From Eledone cirrhosa (lineage: Eukaryota): 64,000 nucleotides of DNA. The stretch is from assembly GCA_964016885.1 (NCBI GenBank), contig OZ024742.1:70494001-70558000 (forward strand). The letters are read 5' to 3'. Of this stretch, positions 53,201 to 64,000 are shown piece by piece. The notes under the pieces were generated by a model, which was not told where the DNA came from, ran no database searches, and saw nothing but the letters and a program-made list of their open reading frames with translations. Position 1 is the stretch's first letter, and each line of letters starts with the position of its first letter. The position numbers and the translations under genes were made by a program.

Positions 53201-53583
53201 GTCCGTCCTGCACGCACTCGTTCAGTGCCCGAGGATTGCTGACTTGTGAAGCTATGTCGAACAGCCGCTGTCGTGTGTAGGACGGATCCGGTTATCGACT
53301 GACTTCATTGTGCAGATAGCCCTGCCATCCTCCTTTAAAGAGGAGGAAGGGCAGGCAGTTTTCATCTGCCTGGTGGCCATGGCGAAAGAGATTGTGTGGT
53401 GGACAAGGTTGAAAGGGTTGAAGATGGGCAATTTCCTCTCCGGCCAATCGCTGATTAACTTTTTCAAGTTTCACTTGAAGAGGAAAATCAAGGTGGCGAG
53501 GCAAGTGCTGTCTCCTAGTAAGTTTGTTGAAAGGTGGGTGAAAGTGGCGAGTCTGGTCCGAGTGAACGGGTATGTGCCTGTAG
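50214..53583 (+). pseudogene. LINE ORF2 (APE endonuclease, RT, zinc knuckle), disrupted
   Basis: MAVLRIGSINVRGL, AISET, GDWN, FRPITLLN, SVRQVCPL, SAYADDV, CPRC..HALVQC. Confidence 0.95.
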
Positions 53584-53866
53584 ACTGAGGAGTGGGAAAA
53601 GTGAGAGAGAGGGCGCTTGCCCTGGTCGTCAGGGTGGCCGTGGGTTTTTTGTGTGGTTTTCACCACGAGTGACCCTCGGAGGTTTCCCCCTTCTTGGTGA
53701 ATTTTTGTTGTTTGAATTTTTTTTTATTTCTAGCCCGATTTTGTTATAACCTGTTTACACGACCAAAACCCACTTTGTATCGTCCTGTACTGTTTTGTGC
53801 CGTTTCTAATGTTTTTCTTCATGTTAACCCTTGTGGCCAATAAAGAAACCATTATAATAGGGTTAC

Positions 53867-56387
53867 ATGTTACTGGAAGCTGAACATGTCATTTTCGGTA
53901 TGTAAGGCTTACAGGGACCAGGTCAACAATTTAGTTAAGAAAAAGTTGACAAGGGGAGTCGTCAACAATACATGGGGGGGGGGGGGGGGCTCTCAAAAGA
54001 GAGATTAGAGTAATGTCGATTGAGTTTAGCAAAGAAGTAGCGTTAGAGAAAAATAGAAAAGAGGGGGAGTTGGTAGATAAGTTAGACGTGGCTATTTGTA
54101 GTGGCATTGCAACTGACGTGCTAGCGGCGAGAATGGCAGATCATTTTTTCAATGCGAAACACGAAGGCTGCATTGTCAGAGCTAAGGCGCGTGCTCTGAG
54201 AGACGAGGGAACCAAAGCTGTTCGATGGGCCCGCGTGGCAGAGGCGCAGCGTGGTAATAAAACTACGATTCGGTCTTTCACGAACCGAGATGGACACGAG
54301 CTGAGCGACCCCAAGCGGATATGTGAGGCCTTTCGCCAACATTTTGCTCGGTTGTTCGGGGGAAGTGGCAGGTCAGAGACGGTGGCGGACTTCAGTCCCT
54401 ACCTCGATGGCTTGCCGCAACTCTCGACGCTGACGCTGAGCGCTGCGAGAGGTCGATTACTTCAACCGAGATTCAGGAAGCCCTTGTCGGCTGCATGAGG
54501 CGTAAGTCACCCGGTTTGGATGGTCTGCCCTACGAGCTTTATGTAGATATGCCAGACTTGTTCTCCGATCTCCTCGAAGAGCTCTACTGCAACTAGCAGC
54601 AGAACGGGAGTATTCCCAGTTCTGTGAGCCGGGTGTAGTGACGCTGATAAGGAAAGACGAGAACAAGAGGGACACATTAGACAATTTCAGGCCCATAACT
54701 CTGCTCAACACAGAGTTTAAGATTTTGGCCAAGGTGTTAGCGAAGAGGTTGGCGCTTGTCATCGGGGATTTGGTTGGGGAGGCGCAAACTTGCGCAATCC
54801 CAACCAGGTCCATACACGACAACCTCCACCTGATGCGATACATCATAGAGAGGGTAGGGTGTAAACCTGACTTCGGTGGAGCTCTGATCAATTTAGATCA
54901 ATCGAAAGCAAAGGGTCGACTATCGGTACCTAGAGGCTGTCATCAAGGCGGCTGGCTTCAGCCCCGTCTTCAGAAGCTGGATCGCTGAAATGCACAGCGG
55001 CACATGATCGGTGGTCAAAGTTAATGACCACCTCTCGGAACCGTTTCAGATCCCCCGATCGGTCCGTCAAGGATGTCCTCTCTCCTCACTTCTGTACGTA
55101 TTGACTCCGAGCCTTTACTGCGGAAGCTGGAGCTGTTGCAGGGCATCCCGCTCGAACCGGGACGCGGAAAGGCTGTGTCGGCTTATGCGGACGACATCAT
55201 CGAGGTGGTCGGCAACTTATTGGAGGAATATGAAAGGTTGACGGGAGCAAAACTTAACCCGGAAAAGTCGGTGGGCTTGCAACTCGACACCTGGAGCGGC
55301 AAGTCCATGCCGTCCAATAGCGTCGTTGGGCGCTGGACGGACGGACCGGCAAAGTTGCTCGGGCTTTGGTTCGAGCCAGACCTCCAGGTGGATAAGAATT
55401 GGGACAAGGTGACGGGCAAGTTAGCCAGTCTCACCCAGAAATGGGTTGCGGGGAAGCTATCACTGAAAGGTCGGGCGAACGCGTACATCGCGTCCGTCAT
55501 CTACTACCGTCTGTGACCATCGTCCCTTGCTCCCGTTCGCGCCTCGCCATCTTGGAGCGGCTCCTCTTCAAATTCTTGTGGATGAGTCAGGTTCCGTTGG
55601 TGAGGCGGTCCATCTGCTGCCAGCACCCTCTACGCGGAGTGCTGGGCATGCCGTGGCTAATGATGCGCAGACACGCGCTGAGGCTGAGGCATCTCCATAT
55701 ATTCCGGTTCGAGATATACTCTACAGGCACGGAAGTGCTGTCAGACGGACCTGCCCGAGATGCGCGCAGAGCGACGAAACCGTTCTGCACGCACTCGTCC
55801 AGTGTCCGTGCATTACTGACTTGTAGAGTTATGTCGAACAGCTGTTGTCGCGTGTAGAACGGATCCGGCTATTGGCCGAGACCATAGTGAAGATCGACCT
55901 GCTGCCTTCTTTTGGCCAGGAAGGGCAGGCAATTTTCCTGTCTGGTGGCAGTAGCGAAAGAGGTTGTATGGTGGACAAGGTTGAAAGGACTGAAGACAGA
56001 CACTTTTCTCTTCGGCCAATCAACTTTTTCAAGTTTCACTTTGGAAGGAAGGTGGGGGTGGAGAGAGAAGTGCTGCCCCCCGGTACATTTGCTGAAAAAG
56101 GTGGGTGAATGTGGCGAGAATGGCCCGTGTAAGTGGGCCTACTCTGATCATGCGCCTGTAGGTGGATAAATTTGAGGAGGAGGGGGTGCCCTTCCCGGGT
56201 GCTCTCGAAGCGTCGGGTCGTTCAAGATTGTTGGGGTATCTGAGCGAACCCTGGGGAATTTTTCTTGTATTTTGTTACTTTGTTATTGTTATTCATATTG
56301 TTTACTCGATTTTTCTGTAATTCCCTACTGTCCCGGTCTTTTGTATTGTCCCCTATATGTCGGCCCTTGTGACCAATAAATTAAATC
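53867..56387 (+). mobile_element. L1/Tx1-clade LINE copy 3 (5'-truncated, 16-bp TSD)
   Basis: YWKLN..SVRQGCPLS..SAYADDI; ATTATAATAGGGTTAC at 53851-53866 and 56388-56403. Confidence 0.95.
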
Positions 56388-56390
56388 ATT

Positions 56391-56590
56391 ATAATAGGGT
56401 TACGTTGAACCCAAACATATCATGGAAAATAGGGAAAAAAGAATAGGAAATTGAAAAATGAAAATTCGATTCGGGGGACTGCCTGTAAAAAAAACTGTTG
56501 TATTGTGAGGAGACAGTCCCCTCCTCACAATCGAATCTTATTTTTTTCAATTTTTCTTCAATATGTTTGGGTTCAACGTAAACCTGTTAT
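56391..56590. mobile_element. MITE-like element with ~30-bp TIRs
   Basis: ATAATAGGGTTACGTTGAACCCAAACATAT versus ATATGTTTGGGTTCAACGTAAACCTGTTAT (2 mismatches). Confidence 0.8.
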
Positions 56591-56826
56591 GCAATTCTGT
56601 CGAGATTGCCTGATGAGATCGTCCTGTCTTGCATCATAGTAGGATGATGGAGCCGGGCCATCGAAATATGTATAGTTATTTCACGAAATTAAAATGTTAA
56701 AGCACATTTTCCAGTCCTGCCTTCTGTTGTCGTTTAATATATATATATAGTTGAAAAGAACAAACAAACGCAGGAGTCAATTCTACATAATTGTATTAGG
56801 TTCATGCTTGGTGAGAGTGGAGCAGA

Positions 56827-56862
56827 TTTCAACGTTTCAGACGTAAGTCCCTTATCAGGAAA
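56827..56862 (-). ncRNA. Minimal hammerhead motif with G8A substitution
   Basis: tttc-CTGATAA-g-ggac ttac gtct-GAAAC-GTT-gaaa; loopless palindromic stem III. Confidence 0.6.
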
Positions 56863-56885
56863 GTTGAGATGAACGCCGAGAGGGA

Positions 56886-58790
56886 TTAAGGGGGTTTGTA
56901 AGGTGGTGTGTACGTGACCTTAGTCTTTTCTGTGTTGATAGTAAGCCCGAAAACAGTGCAAGCCCCACAAAACATGTCCATGATTGCCTGCACGTCCTCC
57001 ACCTTATGAGCAACTAGGTCTGCATCATCAGCATAGAGCAACCCTTTGATGACAAACTGGAAAGTATTTGATTTGGCCCTAAAGAGCGTCAAGTTTAAAA
57101 CCATACCTGTGGTCCTGAAACGCAGAGATACACACCAACATCACAATTCTGAAACGAATGCGTGGGGAACACGGCAAAAAAAATAGAGAACAGAATTGGT
57201 GCTGGGATGTCCCCTCTATTGTCGATGGATATGGATTCAAACAGAGAATCATTAAATTTAAACCTCCCTTTCATACCTCGATGTAGCTGTTTGAACTGTC
57301 TCACGAAACCCGGGGGGCATCACACCTTACCAAGAATCTTACCGATTCTTTGAAAAGGACAAACCCGTCCTTGGACCTGAGTGATACTATGGACGGGGAT
57401 TGAGAGCAAAAGGCCTGATTGATCAGGTGGTACAATGTCTTGGAGTCCTTTCAATCATAGGCACTCTGAATCTGCATTGAAATATCTGACCACCATTTAT
57501 TTTTCATCTGACGTATTTCGCGCTGGAGCAAATATGTTTCATCCTTGAAGAACTAAAGCAAGGCAGAACAGTCTCTATCTAAAGCCCTCAAAAACTTTTG
57601 GTGGGCATTATTTTTTGCCTTCAATAGCTGGTTGAACTGAGAATCATTTTTATCAAACCAGTCCTGATGTTTCTTTTTCCTGAGACCTAGGACTTTAACA
57701 CCAGTGCTGTAGACCACGGTCTTAAACCGATCCTATGTGTCGTCAAATTCACTTTCTTCAAAAGCCCTCCTCGGATTTTTACGAACCACCGGGTTCTGTA
57801 ATTTCGACACGTCTACATAATTTCGACACGTCTACATAAGATCTTATTTTACGTTTGATGCAAAATTTCATTTTGCTACATACTAAAACACTGTCTGTCT
57901 CACACTCAGCACCACGCAATGCAAACATCCTGAGGATCTCGTTTACGACATATGACATAATCAAGAATATGCCCATGTTTGGATCTTGGGTTAATCCAAG
58001 TAACCTTATGAGCGTCCTTCTGGTTGAAAAAGGAATTGCGAATGGCCAGTTCAAATTCAGTGCGGAGCTGAAGACGGTGCAGTCCATTGCCATCCATGCT
58101 TCCAAGACCGTACTTCCCCAATGCTTCCAAAGTATCGTGATCCCTACCAACCCTGGTGTTAAAATCACCAAAGAGTCCTGTTTGCTTTTGGGACTTTGGC
58201 AATGACAGATATAAGATCTTGATAGAATGCCATTATGGATTCCTCGCTACTGGAGAGAGTCGAAGTATAAACGGAAAATATAGTCAAAGAACGGCTGGGG
58301 ACCCTGATTCTGTCACTGACACCAAAGGTTGCTCTAGATGGCTGATTAGCTCAGTGCGAATGGCAAAGTCTACACCCCACTTATGTTTCTCTCCCCCAGG
58401 CTTGCCCTTCCAGAAAAAGCTGTAACCCACTCCGGATTCTGTCAACTGATCCTCATCACTCAGTCGTGTTTCGGAAAGTGCAGTCAATACAATACCGAGT
58501 CAATTCCTTTGCTATCAAACCAGTTCAACACTCAGGATTACTGGACACCCTGCTGTCAAAAAGTGTTCTTATGTTCCAAGTATCGACATTCATTCTGTAC
58601 TTTTTGGTTATAGTATCTCTTGGTTTTTGCCCTGCTATTATGAACCACCGTCAACGGCAGGCTGCTGACCAGTTTGATGAGTGAACAGGCTTTGTTTAGG
58701 TCACCTTTTCTAGTCCTTTCCCGTGTGGTATGCGGTAAATAGTACATCTCCCAAAAAGGTCTTCTCAGACGCTCAAGACTCTACCGAAGC
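56886..58790 (-). pseudogene. RTE/BovB-like LINE (endonuclease + RT), internally deleted and 3'-truncated
   Basis: ALSETRL, GYSFFWKG, GDFNTRVG, TWINPRSKHGHILDYVI, APILFSIFF, LLYADDADL, FGLTINTEKTKV. Confidence 0.9.
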
Positions 58791-59804
58791 ATTTTGCTGT
58801 TCAGCGTGAATCTAATATCATTGTGTATTTTTGCAATCCTGTGTTTATATTTTGTTTCATCTCTCTCTCTCTATATATATATATATATTATATATATACG
58901 ATGAAATACCAATGATGGTTGGCAAATCACTGATGAGGGACTGATTTTATATGTAACCCATGTGCAACCACGCAGTGTTCCTCTTTCTTCCCATGTTTTT
59001 CATACATATTTACCTCGACTGCGATTATCTGTTTCTCTCTTTCTCTCTTACTGCTCCCCCGTTCTCTCTGTTTCTCTCACCTTCTTTCGCCCCCTCTGTC
59101 AGTTACACTTTCTCTCGACTGACCTCTTCCTCGCACTTCCACTCACTCACTCTCTGTTTCTCCCCTTCTCACTTCCTCCCGTTCGTTAGTAGTGGGGTTC
59201 TTTCTTTCTCACATCTCATTCACGGCGGACGGTCTGTTTTCTGACCGCTCATGAAATGCCCCTTTTCTTGGAGCTGGATTATTGTAAACGACTGAGAGTT
59301 TATTCTCAAAATATAATATAGTATATTGCTCCTTAACTGTAGAGCTGATCTTTAATCCCGCATAAACGGCTGTTATTTCTAGCACCGGGAATGCGGGACG
59401 GCTAATTTGGCCTGGCTGCACACATGTAGTCAGACCTGCTAAATTTTTGATGTGAAATGTACTAATTTTACTGGGTTCCTGTTGATAAGCACAGAAGATT
59501 TGGATATTTCACTTTTTATTTCATTTCCATTTCGATTCTCTTTATTTTTCAATTCACGTACCACCTTTGCGAAACTTATTTGGGTTTCGAGGTTCAAATT
59601 CGTCTACGGAACAGGTTGGAATTTTGAAATGTTAATATGTCCAGGAACCATGGCCATTGCCAATATAAGCTTGTCTTTATTGACTTATATCGAGACAGAC
59701 AAATTGTATTCACTTTAATTAGTTTATTTCATTAATAGCTAACTTTGTCTGTTATAATGCAAACACGATTTGTGTTTATCATATATTTTAATGTATATAT
59801 ATAT

Positions 59805-60018
59805 ATAAGTATGTACACGTAGATAAATATATGTATACAGACGAACAGTAGTATGTATATATATATACATACATGGACACATAAATATATGTACGTATGG
59901 ATTCACCGAACATTTATTACGTCTGTATACATATATGTATGTATGTACGTGTACATACTTATATTTAAGTAACAGCCGGACTAAGAGTGGGAAATGAAAT
60001 TTCGTTTCATTTTTTCCG
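59805..60018. mobile_element. Inverted pair of 3' ends of the hammerhead-bearing element at 8345-8830
   Basis: 59805-59919 matches ~8397-8508 directly; 59920-60018 matches ~8347-8436 in reverse. Confidence 0.75.
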
Positions 60019-60019
60019 T

Positions 60020-60167
60020 TTATATATATTATATTATATATATATATATTATATATATATATATTATATATATATATAAATAAATATATATATATATTAT
60101 ATATATATATATAATATATATATATAAATAATTATATATATATAATATATATATATATTATATATAT

Positions 60168-60209
<42 letters not shown>

Positions 60210-60269
60210 ATAATATATATATATAATATATATATATATTATATATATATATATAATATATATATATTA

Positions 60270-60322
<53 letters not shown>

Positions 60323-60444
60323 ATATATTATATATATAATATATATATATATTATATATATATTATATATATATATATATATAATATATATATATATTAT
60401 ATATATATATTATATATAAATATATATATAATATATATATATAT

Positions 60445-60520
<76 letters not shown>

Positions 60521-60565
60521 TATTATATATATATTATATATATATATATAATATATATATATAAA
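60020..60565. repeat. ~545-bp pure A/T (TA)n-derived array
   Basis: Direct reading. Confidence 0.95.
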
Positions 60566-60612
60566 ATAAAGTTAAATAAAAGTCAAATGATTAAAATTTA
60601 GCTTCGTTTATT

Positions 60613-60667
60613 ACTGCTATATATATTTCAGTGACAGCCATCTTTGGCTGTGACCTCTTCAGGCAGT
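60613..60667 (-). ncRNA. Type I hammerhead ribozyme
   Basis: actgc-CTGAAGA-ggtcacagcca aaga tggctgtcact-GAAA-T ATAT A-TA-gcagt; intact core, 11-bp stem II with one mismatch, AUA triplet. Confidence 0.85.
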
Positions 60668-61376
60668 TTGAATTAGTATGGTATAGACAAGTACATATGT
60701 TATTTAGGTGTATGATATTGTCAATACTCTGATATGCCCAGTTCCTTGTTGGGTTGTTAATTCACTGGGGAACTGGAGTCATATGAATTCAAACAAACGA
60801 ATTTTCGTGTCACAGGTCCCCTTCTCCTCTCATTGGTCAGTTATTAGAACATTCCTCATTCTAAGTGTTGTTATTGTTGAAGTTAGCTTAAAAATTGATA
60901 AAATGGTAGAAGGGACAAGGTGTTAAAGGAACAAAATAACAAAAAAAGTGTCAAACTTCCCATTGTTCAGTTCTGAGAGCATTCCTCAGTCAGAAGTCTA
61001 TAGAATTCTTTCTGGGGTGAGGCTCCCTGTAGTGTTTTTGCCTGCTATTGTTCAGTACATTTGACCTCCACCATTATTTTGGTACTGTTGTTGTTGTAGT
61101 GGTCAGCTTATATCTTGCTGCTGCTAACAATTTAGAAGTATCCAGTTTGTGTTTTTTCTTCATCCCTCCCGCCACCATCGTAGTGGTGGTGGTGGTGGGG
61201 GGGGGGGGGTTCTTTCATGTATATGAAGAAATATAAGGCAATAAATGAAGAAAACAGAAAATAAATAAATAATATAATAAAATAAAATAATTAATATAAT
61301 TTGTGTAATTTGAAAATACATAAATAAATAGAGAATAAAGAATAAAGAGTAAATGAGAGATTGGTGAAAAAGTAAT

Positions 61377-61560
61377 TGTTTCTACTTTTGGCACAAAGCC
61401 AGCAATTATCCCAGTGTATTACTGGTACTTTATTTTATCGACCTCGTAAGGATGAAAGGTAAAGTTAACCTCGGCGGGATTTGAACACAGATCATAAAGG
61501 GACGTAACTCTATGCTACAAAGCATGGCGTCCGACTCTCTACCGATACAGCCAATCCACC
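61377..61560 (-). mobile_element. Full-length SINE-A with 13-bp TSD
   Basis: GTGAAAAAGTAAT at 61364-61376 and 61561-61573. Confidence 0.9.
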
Positions 61561-62070
61561 GTGAAAAAGTAATGATAATGTATATGGAGAAGTGAGAAAT
61601 AATGTAGGATAAAGTGTGTGTGTGTGTGCTATAACCAATCTCAAGGTCAGAATATGTTGGATAGATTGGTATGATACAAGATGTTAAGATGAGATATTCA
61701 ATGTGTTTGTGTTATAATCTATCTCAACTTAAAATAAATATAAGGTGATACAGTGAAGAGGGCAGAAAACAAATAACAAATTAATAAAGAGAAATCAAGA
61801 TTTAAGATTGGAACTTGAAAGTCAGAAATCTGGTAAATTAAAAGTGTTTGTGTTATAGATGTTGGCCAAATTATTATGGCTGTGTCCGATTCTATCTCTA
61901 GGCTATCATGGTGTCTGCTCCGCCTGGGTTGTTCCCTGTGGCTTGAGGGGAGTTCACAACCTAGGGTGTTGTTATTGCCCATATAGCTTGAGGGAGGTCT
62001 GGCCGAGAGGTGTTTTCATGTTCTGTAGAAGTCCCTATAGCTTGAGGGGAGTTCACATCTTCTTGTGTTG

Positions 62071-62686
62071 CTACTGTCCATATATTTTGGGAAAGGTCCC
62101 GGCTCTAAGGTGTCTGCATGTCCCGAAGAAGTCGGTTCTGAGGTTTATCAGGCCGCTTCCACCTCTTAGTATCTCGAGGGTCTCGTTCAGGCATAGTTTG
62201 CATATGCAAGATCCCCCTTTATCGGGTGGTACTTTCCTGATTATGTACCAGGCCAGAGAGTATGGGGTCCTGTCCAGCTTAAGCTTCCAGATCAGGTGGG
62301 AGAGAGCTGTGCTTTTCCTTTTGGCCTCCTTCTTGAATGAATGGCGATGGTTGTACCAGCGGTCCTTAAAGCTCGTTGATGTGGCTCCTATGTAGAGGTG
62401 TTCGGAGTTGGGGGTTTTAACCCTACAACCGTACACTAAGTTCTTCTTGAGACATTCATTACCAAGGGGGCATGATTCGGGGTTTCTGCAGTTGCAGAGG
62501 GTGGTTCTCATTATGTGTTACATGTTGGTCTTCCCCCATGCTCGGTGGGGGGTCCTTGGGTCTGTTTGTGTTTCTTGGGTGGGCTCTGGGTCCCCCCTTC
62601 CCTCCTTTCACATGGTTCTGCTGAGTGTTTGTATTGCCATCTTCTGGTTGTGTGTGGTTTTTAAGCCTACTTCTGTTGATGCTAGC
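62071..62686 (-). pseudogene. Penelope-like linker + GIY-YIG endonuclease (Naiad-like architecture)
   Basis: CNCRNPESCPLGNECL, LVY..YIGAT..FKDRWYNHRHSF, STALSHLIW, CKLCLNE, CRH. Confidence 0.9.
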
Positions 62687-64000
62687 TATGTGTTGGATAG
62701 GATTTTGCCCAAGCTTCGGAAGAAAACCAAATTACAGCAATGGTCATGCACGAGAGAAGTAATAGAATGGTTCAAAATACTGCATGAGAAAAGTAGGACC
62801 AGCTTTATACAACTGGACATCGCAAGCTACTACTCCTCAATCTCACCCATAGTACTTAATAAGGCCCTATTTTTAGCGATGTCCAATACGGACCTAACCC
62901 GAGAGGAGGTGAGCATCATCCACGCCGCAAGAAAGACCTTAATCCGCTTCGATGGAGACCTTTGGACCAGGAGTGATTGGCCAAATAACTTTGACATCAC
63001 GATGGGCTCCAGCGACTCAGCGCAGGTAACGGACCTGGTTGGGCTCTACCTGCTGAAGCAGATAAAAGATGAAATCCCCTGCCTGGGCGGTGGATTATAT
63101 CGTGACGATGCTCAATTCACAGTACATGACCACAGCACCAATATGTTGGAGGGTATGAGGAGGCGTATTCGCCATTTCTTTAAGAACCAGGGGCTCAGCA
63201 TAGAAATAGACCCAAATAGGAAGGTAGTTAACTTCCTAGACACCACCCTAAACCTGAACACCGAGCAATACTACCCCTACCACAAGCCCAACGAGAAACT
63301 CATATATGTTAACGCCAAATCAAACCACCCTAGATCCATAACCAAGGCAGTGGTGAAGAGTGTCTCGGACAGGATCTCCAGCCTGTCCGCAAGTAAGGAA
63401 ATATTCAACAACCACGCGGAATATTACAACGCAGCTCTAAAGAAGGCGGCACATGGACAAAATATAACATATAGTCCGAAAAGCCGGGAGGTGGATAGCC
63501 CAACAGACACCCACAACCGCGTTGCCAGAGGGGGGAGGGCGAACCCTAACAATACAGGCAGAGCAGAATCAAATAGGCACCATGTACCAGGCACCACCAC
63601 ACGGGCGGTGGGGACTAGTGCGCTTGACCACGAGATGGAGCACAATATGAGTAGCAGTCTCAGACGTGACGCTAACTACCCCAGGACGGACAACCCCAAC
63701 CGCAGGACACGTGGGGGGGGGGAGGAAACGGGCGACCACCCCACGATGGATCTCCCGGGGCGGACAACAACCACCCCACAAATCCGGGCCGCGAAGATAA
63801 CAAAAAGTATAGAGCCCAAAAGGGAAGCAACAGTGCGGAAACCACCAGCAACCCAACAAACCTCCAACAAATCACGAAGCCTCCAAGCCACACATATAGG
63901 AGGAGACACCGACAAATCACGTGATACAACCCACCCTACTCAGCGGCCCTAAAGAAAAGCTTGGCCCGATTATTCTTTGGAGCACTTGACAAATGCTTCC
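62687..64000 (+). pseudogene. Penelope-like reverse transcriptase (5'-truncated, runs off window)
   Basis: LQQW..VIEWF, FIQLDIASYYSSI, FDITMGSSDSA, GLYRDD, VNFLD, KSNHP; shifted frame continues RQIT*YNPPYS..LDKCF. Confidence 0.92.

Larger units (their letters stand above)
48040..53850 (+). mobile_element. L1/Tx1-clade LINE copy 2, near full length
   Basis: 5' UTR, ORF1, ORF2, T-rich 3' UTR ending CCCTTGTGGCCAATAAAGAAACC. Confidence 0.95.

Noticed and set aside
58929-58975. Hammerhead starting CTGATGAGGGAC
   Set aside because: No closing stem II or GAAA downstream.
63922-63924. In-frame TGA as selenocysteine
   Set aside because: It falls at the conserved Trp of W(F/Y)NPP, so a TGG>TGA nonsense mutation is more likely.
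62408-63952. 514-aa ORF as an intact protein
   Set aside because: The first ~93 codons are the antisense of the inverted EN/linker arm; RT begins at ~62687 and the frame shifts before the YNPPYS motif.

Overview
AT-rich, repeat-saturated eukaryotic DNA, most likely a cephalopod (Octopus-like); that assignment is an inference from the SINE/LINE/Penelope repertoire and the (TA)n/(CA)n density. No intact host gene can be supported. The window contains decayed CR1-, RTE- and R4-type LINE fragments, a fragmented RepHel Helitron with an intact hairpin-CTAG 3' end, and an ~11.5 kb head-to-tail array of L1/Tx1-clade LINEs. It also holds several tRNA-headed SINE families and Penelope-like element (PLE) remnants. 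Main observations: (1) seven minimal type I hammerhead ribozyme motifs at six loci, lying in element 3' ends that run into (TA)n and often form head-to-head inversions, including a ~980 bp palindrome; (2) the Tx1-like LINE and SINE-A share a ~28 nt 3' tail and both insert with target-site duplications (TSDs) beginning ATTA, often into tails of earlier SINE-A or LINE copies, suggesting a self-targeting LINE/SINE pair. All coordinates and alignments were read by eye.
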